Shown piece after piece: positions 48,501 through 53,921 of a stretch of DNA of 53,921 nucleotides. This stretch comes from a virus (taxonomy: Duplodnaviria; Caudoviricetes), in IMG/VR virus record IMGVR_UViG_3300024529_000001, positions 1 through 53,921 of that record. One strand, written 5' to 3'. The notes beneath the pieces were generated by a model. That model did no database searches and was not told where the DNA came from. It was given only the letters and a program-made list of their open reading frames with translations. Within the stretch, counting starts at the first letter, position 1. The number at the start of each line of letters is the position of its first letter. A program made the translations under genes and the position numbers.

Positions 48501-49148
48501 ATCAATATTGTTTGTTTGAAGATAAGGCATAGCAATATCTGGAACACCATTTGGAAAACCTTTATGTGCTTCTTGTATAAGAGCTAGACCTCCAAGTTTA
48601 TGCATATAGTTATTTATCATTAGTTCAGATGTAGTTTTATCATATTGGTCTGTATCACCTGAAAGTAATCTTTTCTTATAATCATTTAAATTATACTTCT
48701 TTGCTATGTCAGCAGGTGTTGAAGGACCTTTCATTCCAAACATTTCTAAAGCTCCTTCATTAGAAATCTTCATTCCTCTTTCTCCATCTTTTCCTTTTTT
48801 ATAATCAGAAAAAATAAAAGAACCTTCTGGAATATCTAAAGCTGTTCCACCTTGAGCATGTCTTTTTCCACCAATTATATAAGTTTCAGGAATACCATCT
48901 CCAAATGATGGCGTACTAGTCAAACCTTGACCTGTATCACTACCATTATAATTTGTTACAGCTACTTCTCCTTTTTCAGCTTCTATGTTTGCTGCTTCTC
49001 CTTTTTTAACAGGTTGTAATGTTCTGTTAACTTCAGTTTTAGGATCACTATAATCATTCAATGTATTAGCACTAAAAGTTTGATTGCCATAAGGGACTTG
49101 AGCTCCTCCTCTTGCAACTGGTAATTTCTTTATTCTAACTTTTCTCAT
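45507..49148 (-). CDS. virion cargo protein (1213 aa)
   Basis: NIEAEKGE...GGKRHAQGGT...FIFSD N-terminal domain of crAss-like virion proteins; ARGG, ARYG, AQRG, YRHGG and YQGG motifs. Confidence 0.65.
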   Translation of the reverse strand: MRKVRIKKLPVARGGAQVPYGNQTFSANTLNDYSDPKTEVNRTLQPVKKGEAANIEAEKGEVAVTNYNGSDTGQGLTSTPSFGDGIPETYIIGGKRHAQGGTALDIPEGSFIFSDYKKGKDGERGMKISNEGALEMFGMKGPSTPADIAKKYNLNDYKKRLLSGDTDQYDKTTSELMINNYMHKLGGLALIQEAHKGFPNGVPDIAMPYLQTNNIDPQMFMPQEEQGQQQQMPEQRMPEQPMARYGMDIPMAQRGYFSPEQREIRRNRRDDKRFNRFLVNEYKDAYTDKLSQDYYSPKGGLESKLNELGFDEFKDKQGNPLTFTGEEGTTPISQIYDTEQGRLTPRDFRKIKRDYRSTIKEGLDDPTNLDLYDRSFNDGRRGTPGYDDLGEGRRMYNYNEYFNDTNTNKNAFTFDENMSLEDVRNQYDERNKRRNLSGFLDSFRKDDTQDEANNPFSDENFYANKDQGLYANVDRQGNARMTGTGDQRVKDRNKQILESHDFENTALNPNTRANIDAAIKGDFNNFQSIMEENIGESKSGTMGSTPHTPQEIAGYDIDGDLTGKKQMKNNKPKQGIRKLFPELKNNVQLFNSPQSEMMRMMNVNMGWDPRVAAAIAQGLIPSEDRSKYLKGTLDIDDIKGIDLNQVDPDRLLEELADIYKNTDPNTRGENYLAWKERINSLAKRHNLEVPAEISDVSKDSRTKVVRNIPEMPEGFKPSLQESMDALDAGIISSGMTSDPAVIKEQNKKIYEWLNKDTFSSAKPEYRHGGSYKKYQGGDEVDDDMVKVLGLHDGWVWDPVTKKRVEIDSSKDNRQWSGKTTRTKAMALKNAIDDYLRNKAIIERDYWKAGKTLGKGKAEYIPENKLDTPAGKAYYASINNLMKISKESGIDIPDLRGKFEYEELEKIKNSNLPTAQKQAKIAELEQKIGTNNKYGFSHHNFNPYIDMVDIVTDKVIEEPEEKEKTPMDVTKPGYVQPNYGYVNPNNFLRGLRIPPKEKRDFVMTPGADSDVALLEKDYLANKVLADTNAQREMQRSYAGNKQMIAPDFENQMKVSNSIDQANVNILNQDATRRFQADSQLNALNARELSDYFADLNKEDLNYRKRWLMRNDIGRMLNKSDAENAINLGLLATDQYGITNFAPNFVGPGNQLDGRKSPELSWDELRQLPKEEFDRYNKMKTWQKQNRASAYTPNNQYSAYMKGLRNPNIDPRYYS

Positions 49149-49158
49149 ACTATATAAT

Positions 49159-51573
49159 TTAATCTAAAAATTCTATTTGTCCACCCATTGATATAAATTC
49201 TTCAATTTGTTGAGGAGACATTTCTTGTACATCTCCTACTTGCATTCCTTTTCGACCTACTGGAGCATTAAATAAACCATAAGAGTCAGCACCTGTTGAA
49301 AACTCCCATTGTTTACCAGTATTTGGATTAATACCATATCCTAAAGCACCTTGATCTTCTGATTCTCTTTTTCCAAGTGCACCTCTATATTGCATATCTG
49401 CAACAAGATTATCTGTCATACCTGCACCTCTTTTTTGCTTATAATTATTTCCCTTTGTAAAGTTAGCTAATAATTCAGTTGTAGCAACAGGATTTAATAA
49501 AGCTTTTTTACCTAAACCTTCTCCAAACATTCTAAGTCTTGATTTGTTATCTGGATCACCAACACCTGATAAAACTCCTTCATCAGTTCCTACAGAAACC
49601 TTTGATTGATAATCTGCATCATATTCTTTTGAGTTAAAATCTAATTTAGGATTATAATTTGGTGTACCTGCAATACCTGATTCTTGATCATTAAAGCTTG
49701 AAAATTGATCCCCGCCTCCGCCAGTATCACCAGCATTATCATAATAATTTTTTATATAATCAGATGTAAATGACTCTCTATTTGCATCAGTATTTTTATA
49801 ATCTATTCCATAATCTAAACCTTCATATTCAGGTTTTGATGCTTGTAACAAATCAATATTTTGATCTGTATAACTCCAAGATGGAACATTAGAATCAGTA
49901 GCTTTATTCCATTTATCAAACCAATTGTCATCATCTGATTCACCACCTTTATCATATTTAAAGGAAGGATTAATATCTCGGTATTGTTTTATTGGAGCTC
50001 TTAAAGGTCTTTCAGGTAGTCCAGTTGATTCAGTTGGAGATAAAAGATTTAAAACATCAGGATTCATTACTGCATTTTGATATTTTTGCTCATCAGTTAG
50101 AGGTTTAGACGCATTAACATTCATGTTTCCTATATCTCCATATACACGTCTTTTATAAGTAACATCTTGACCTTTACTTTTATAACTATTATTTTTAGAG
50201 TCTCCCTCCATTACATCAAGATGCTCAGTAAAAGTTTGAGGAGGTTTGACACGAATCATATATCTATTAATTAAATCTGATAATTGATTATTAGATGCAT
50301 TTGAATCTCCTGTAAATTCTTGATTAGCTTCAGTACTTATAGGAGCTATTCCTCTTGGTTGTATTTGACCTTCCTTTTGATACATTGGAATGTAACCACC
50401 CATTTGCATTTTACCTGCAACTTTCCATGATGCTTTTGCAAATGCAGCTTTCTTATTTATAGCTTTACTATTTGAATTTAATCCTCTTTTTATACATTCT
50501 AATGTTACTTTACCTCCACAATATTTTGTAAATGAACCAACAGTTCCTCTCTTCTTCATTGAATCAGAAGCTTTCTGCATCCATTGTTGACCACCTTCTC
50601 TTGCAAATTGATAAGGCATGTTTTCAATCATATCTGCTTCTTCTAATAATGAGTTATATAATTGTTCTTCTTGATGTTCAGATACTTCTTCTTGTAATAT
50701 ATTTATAAATTGTTGTTTCTTATCATCATATAAAGACATTGGTTGTTCTTGCTCTTGAGGACCTCCTTCTTGAAATTTAACATTTCTGTTTGTTGCAGGA
50801 TCTACTATTCTATAAGATTGTAATACTTTATTTTTGTCATAATAAGGAACTACATTAAAACCATGTTCTGATGCTTCTTTTGTTAATGTACTTAAATTAG
50901 CCCCTTTATTAGCAAAACCTGATGTATTTATATTCCAATGTTTTGCCCAAGCACCTAAATCTGGTTTTACTGTTTTACCTTTATTAGGTAATGTTTTAGG
51001 AGTATTTACAGCTTTTGAAAAATCTATTTTAAGTTGCTTACCTGCTGCTTCTAATCCTTCTTTAACTATTTTTCCTCCAACAAAAGGTAAAGCGGCAGCT
51101 CCACTATACATTAAAGTATTACTAACATCTCCTTGCATAAGATAATCAAGAGCACTTGTAACATCTGCAGCTTCTCCAACTAAAGGATAGTAACTTAAAT
51201 TATCTCTTCCTTCTTGAGTATTTGCGTCAAAAGAAGTTGTATTTATATAATTTTGCAATATATCCATAGCGGCTGGATTACCTGATTCTGGATAACTTTG
51301 ACTTATTTTGTCAAGCATTGCCTTTACTTCACCTTCTTCCTGATACATATCCAGTTCTCCACCCTCTTCATACACACCACCACCACATTCAAAACAAGGC
51401 TTTCCACCTTTACGCATTATAGGTTCATGACCATAATCCATATTTTTCATTTCTAGATGATCTTGGTATACATTTGCCATTGCACCCTCTCCAGTTTCTG
51501 GATTATACATCATATGAGGTTTAAATGATTCTCCTCCTTTTTTATATACTCTAACTCTTCTTTTTTTAGTCAT
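49159..51573 (-). CDS. mosaic virion protein with repeated xxxGG motifs and a pre-toxin-TG-like segment (804 aa)
   Basis: YKKGG, MRKGG, YEEGG, FQEGG, AREGG, MQMGG, YDKGG; PLVGEAAD...GD...AAALPFVGG. Confidence 0.65.
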   Translation of the reverse strand: MTKKRRVRVYKKGGESFKPHMMYNPETGEGAMANVYQDHLEMKNMDYGHEPIMRKGGKPCFECGGGVYEEGGELDMYQEEGEVKAMLDKISQSYPESGNPAAMDILQNYINTTSFDANTQEGRDNLSYYPLVGEAADVTSALDYLMQGDVSNTLMYSGAAALPFVGGKIVKEGLEAAGKQLKIDFSKAVNTPKTLPNKGKTVKPDLGAWAKHWNINTSGFANKGANLSTLTKEASEHGFNVVPYYDKNKVLQSYRIVDPATNRNVKFQEGGPQEQEQPMSLYDDKKQQFINILQEEVSEHQEEQLYNSLLEEADMIENMPYQFAREGGQQWMQKASDSMKKRGTVGSFTKYCGGKVTLECIKRGLNSNSKAINKKAAFAKASWKVAGKMQMGGYIPMYQKEGQIQPRGIAPISTEANQEFTGDSNASNNQLSDLINRYMIRVKPPQTFTEHLDVMEGDSKNNSYKSKGQDVTYKRRVYGDIGNMNVNASKPLTDEQKYQNAVMNPDVLNLLSPTESTGLPERPLRAPIKQYRDINPSFKYDKGGESDDDNWFDKWNKATDSNVPSWSYTDQNIDLLQASKPEYEGLDYGIDYKNTDANRESFTSDYIKNYYDNAGDTGGGGDQFSSFNDQESGIAGTPNYNPKLDFNSKEYDADYQSKVSVGTDEGVLSGVGDPDNKSRLRMFGEGLGKKALLNPVATTELLANFTKGNNYKQKRGAGMTDNLVADMQYRGALGKRESEDQGALGYGINPNTGKQWEFSTGADSYGLFNAPVGRKGMQVGDVQEMSPQQIEEFISMGGQIEFLD

Positions 51574-51590
51574 GACTTATACTATATTAT

Positions 51591-51601
51591 AATATACAAA
51601 A
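51591..51601 (-). promoter_or_regulatory. TTTTGTATATT candidate promoter element
   Basis: Intergenic, about 18 nt upstream of the ATG at 51573; same core as the other copies. Confidence 0.45.
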
Positions 51602-51637
51602 TTTAAATTATATTGTTAAATTTATAAAGTTTATAGA

Positions 51638-53921
51638 TTAATCTAAATATTCTATATCATATCCTTGATTTATTAAATCTCTTATTTCTTCTTCACTTTT
51701 ATATCCTATTTCTCCACCATCTTCTTCTTGTGATAAGATTGTTCCTGTTCCAATTGCTCCAGCAACAATAGGAGTTTTATTTATTAAATCTACTATACCA
51801 GAACGTCCTTTTTTTGATGGTTGTAAAAAACTTAATATTCTATTTTGTTTTCCATTATCTGATCTCCAAAAATTCATTAATATCTTGTCATCAATAGGAT
51901 CTTGAAAATTCTTGATTGCTCCAGATTGATATAATTCATTTCTAAGTTCTCTTAACATTGCAAGAGGTTCAAGTTGCAAACTTGTCTTGTCTATATGAGC
52001 ATCTTGATTTGGAAATCTTTTCTTAAAATTATCAAGATTTCTAGTTGCTTCTTCAACATGATCATTAAGTGATTTAACAAATTTTTCATCACTTCCTCCC
52101 CATTGTTTGTCAAATTCAAGATTTCTTTTTGCTCCCGCTAAGTCATCTTGTAAATCTGATAATTCAACATTATATCTATCTTCAGGTAATAATAAATTTT
52201 TTCTATTAGGTCCATAATCTTTTTGTGTATACTGATATTTTTCTAATTCATTAGTACCTATAAAGTCATCTGTTCTTTTATTTTCTCTAAAAAATTTCGA
52301 AGCAATCCTATCAAAGTCAGTAGATCTATTTTTTATTAAACCTCTTTTTTCCATGTATAATTGCATTAAATGACCTATTTCATGATCACCAACTGTAGAG
52401 GTTGGATTTGGAACATGACTAAATACTTTATTATGCTTATCAATACCTAAGTTAAGTAAATCATCTACATTATCTACATTTCCTTTTGCTAGTTTTCCTG
52501 CAAATGCCTTTCTTACTGGTATATTTGTATATTGAACTTCGTTCATAAGATAACTCATAAAATCATCTGGATCTTTAATTCCTAAATTAACTAGTTTTTC
52601 TCTAGCAGCAGGATTATTAAAATTTTCAATTAAAGGTTTTATATATTCATCAACATTTTCTAAAGGTTCAATGCTTGTTAATAATTCATTATATTGCACA
52701 TCTTTATACTGATCTCTAATTCCTTTATTTTTATTATTTTTTAATTTTTTTAACTCTAAGTTTTTAGCTTCTATTTCTTTATTTGCTAATGCTAATTGTT
52801 CATCTATATTTTGATTATATGCATTATTACCATGAAAAAAAGATTTTGTAGGTTTTTGTTGAATTTGTGGTACAACTATGTCATCAATTATTTGGGTTTG
52901 TTTTAAAGTTTTATTTAGAGGATTAGTTAATTTTGGTATTATATTTTTAGCACCTTTTAAAACATTTCCAGCAGGTTTTATTAAAGGAGCCATAATCATT
53001 GCATCTGTAGCTCCTTCAATCCCTGAACCATATGGATTACCAAGAATATTTTTATCAGCTGAATTAAAATCAAAAGGGTTAATTTCTTTTTTTAGAAGAG
53101 CTCCTATATCAACAGCTGTATTTACAACATCTTTAGCAATTTGTTTAGGATGGTCAATAACACGTAAAGCTGATGGTATTCCAGTAAATTCTGCCATACC
53201 AGCTGTTTGTTTATTCATATCTTTTACTACACGTGGTATGCTATAATAATAATCATCAATTCTTTTTTGTACTTCAGGGTCTATTCCATCTGCTTCTCTT
53301 TTAACTTGCCAATCATTAGTTGCATCTATTGGATCATGTAAACCATATGATGAAACTTGTCCTGGTGCTTTTTGATGTTTGGATATTTTATTTTCTCCTT
53401 TTAAAAATGCATCAAGAACTGATTGGCTAAGTGGACCTTTAGTAGTTTTAGGTATTTTACTTAACTGATCTTTTTCTAATTGTTCTTTAGTTATTTCTTT
53501 ATAATTACCATTTTTATCCTTCTTAAGTATTCTTCCTTTATTTAATGGTACATGTTCTCCTGTTGCAACTACGGGTTTTCCAAGATAACCTGCTGTTGTA
53601 GGAGTTTCTAAAAAAGAATCTTTTGAAAGCTCAACTATATAATCTGAATCATAGCTACTAGCTGTTTCAAAACCTTCTTTACCCGCACCATAATGTACAC
53701 CTCTGTGTTTGGATATTCCTGGCATAGCTTCATGAGATTGTGCTTGTCTAAACATACCTGTAGTAAGAGCATCATCATAACCTTCTTTTCCAATACCTCT
53801 ATAAAATTTAGTTGGATCTGGTGTAAAAACATTTGTATTAGGAGAACCTGGTAAAGTTTTTGATAGAGGTTTTTCTACAGGTTTATATCCTTTTAACCAA
53901 TGAGGAGTATTTAGTTCATTA
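51638..53921 (-). CDS. 5'-partial polyvalent virion protein (ART-like and zincin domains)
   Basis: Frame stays open from 53755 to the window edge (...PHWLKGYKPV...FYRGIGKEGYDDALTTGMFR...); GDHEIGH zincin with downstream EPLA; C-terminal motif shared with the 804-aa protein. Confidence 0.75.
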   Translation of the reverse strand, partial: NELNTPHWLKGYKPVEKPLSKTLPGSPNTNVFTPDPTKFYRGIGKEGYDDALTTGMFRQAQSHEAMPGISKHRGVHYGAGKEGFETASSYDSDYIVELSKDSFLETPTTAGYLGKPVVATGEHVPLNKGRILKKDKNGNYKEITKEQLEKDQLSKIPKTTKGPLSQSVLDAFLKGENKISKHQKAPGQVSSYGLHDPIDATNDWQVKREADGIDPEVQKRIDDYYYSIPRVVKDMNKQTAGMAEFTGIPSALRVIDHPKQIAKDVVNTAVDIGALLKKEINPFDFNSADKNILGNPYGSGIEGATDAMIMAPLIKPAGNVLKGAKNIIPKLTNPLNKTLKQTQIIDDIVVPQIQQKPTKSFFHGNNAYNQNIDEQLALANKEIEAKNLELKKLKNNKNKGIRDQYKDVQYNELLTSIEPLENVDEYIKPLIENFNNPAAREKLVNLGIKDPDDFMSYLMNEVQYTNIPVRKAFAGKLAKGNVDNVDDLLNLGIDKHNKVFSHVPNPTSTVGDHEIGHLMQLYMEKRGLIKNRSTDFDRIASKFFRENKRTDDFIGTNELEKYQYTQKDYGPNRKNLLLPEDRYNVELSDLQDDLAGAKRNLEFDKQWGGSDEKFVKSLNDHVEEATRNLDNFKKRFPNQDAHIDKTSLQLEPLAMLRELRNELYQSGAIKNFQDPIDDKILMNFWRSDNGKQNRILSFLQPSKKGRSGIVDLINKTPIVAGAIGTGTILSQEEDGGEIGYKSEEEIRDLINQGYDIEYLD

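Larger units (their letters stand above)
1..53921. mobile_element. crAss-like (Crassvirales-type) bacteriophage genome segment
   Basis: Giant single-chain virion RNAP with DFDVD motif among >1000-aa cargo genes; PolB/DnaB/primase/RuvC/MoxR replication block; no host housekeeping genes; dense, often overlapping genes; convergent replication and virion modules. Confidence 0.9.

Noticed and set aside
4706-53832. Short antisense or alternate-frame ORFs in the track (e.g. 4706-4993, 7176-7400, 15410-15796, 15901-16158, 28098-28481, 38951-39244, 41384-41881, 52878-53246, 53635-53832)
   Set aside because: Nested in or largely overlapping well-supported genes, with shadow-frame composition and no motifs
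1-53921. Stop-codon reassignment, as known in some crAss-like phages
   Set aside because: Code 11 gives dense, uninterrupted ORFs up to 4079 aa; TGA is used in stop/start overlaps and TAG ends the ATPase gene at 936
1-53921. CRISPR array, tRNA genes, diversity-generating retroelement or integrase
   Set aside because: No regularly spaced repeats, cloverleafs, reverse transcriptase or recombinase motifs seen; intergenic gaps are short

Overview
The whole window is a very AT-rich fragment of a crAss-like (Crassvirales-type) phage genome. It probably infects a Bacteroidota host, since starts are A-rich without Shine-Dalgarno motifs, and it uses standard code 11. There are two convergent modules. 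Bases 1-17.5 kb (+ strand) hold replication and recombination genes: MoxR-like ATPase, DnaA-C-like HTH, DnaB, AAA_24 ATPase, SSB-like protein, primase, RuvC, two BRCT-like paralogs, PD-(D/E)xK exonuclease, PolB, a DUF932 protein and a spore-photoproduct-lyase-like radical SAM enzyme. A small inverted holin/spanin-like cassette sits inside this module. Bases 17.6-53.9 kb (- strand) hold a SET protein and giant virion cargo/ejection proteins, including a 4079-aa single-chain virion RNA polymerase (DFDVD). Main observations: (1) three consecutive giant proteins (about 8,100 aa) contain, by eye, only four cysteines, all at mutually facing termini, suggesting a head-to-tail disulfide-linked ejection chain. 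(2) The RNAP carries nuclease, SLOG, NADAR, zincin and permuted-SLOG domains, and the NADAR is bounded by a DNA direct repeat encoding a QP..QTSEV linker, suggesting a swappable anti-defence cassette. (3) Other cargo proteins carry nucleotidyltransferase, ART-like and pre-toxin-TG-like modules punctuated by xxxGG motifs. (4) A 57-aa ORF missing from the ORF track ends in an RNR-like CxxCSG tail. (5) A candidate promoter-to-terminator small RNA lies at the module junction. All domain calls come from motif recognition by eye, not database searches.
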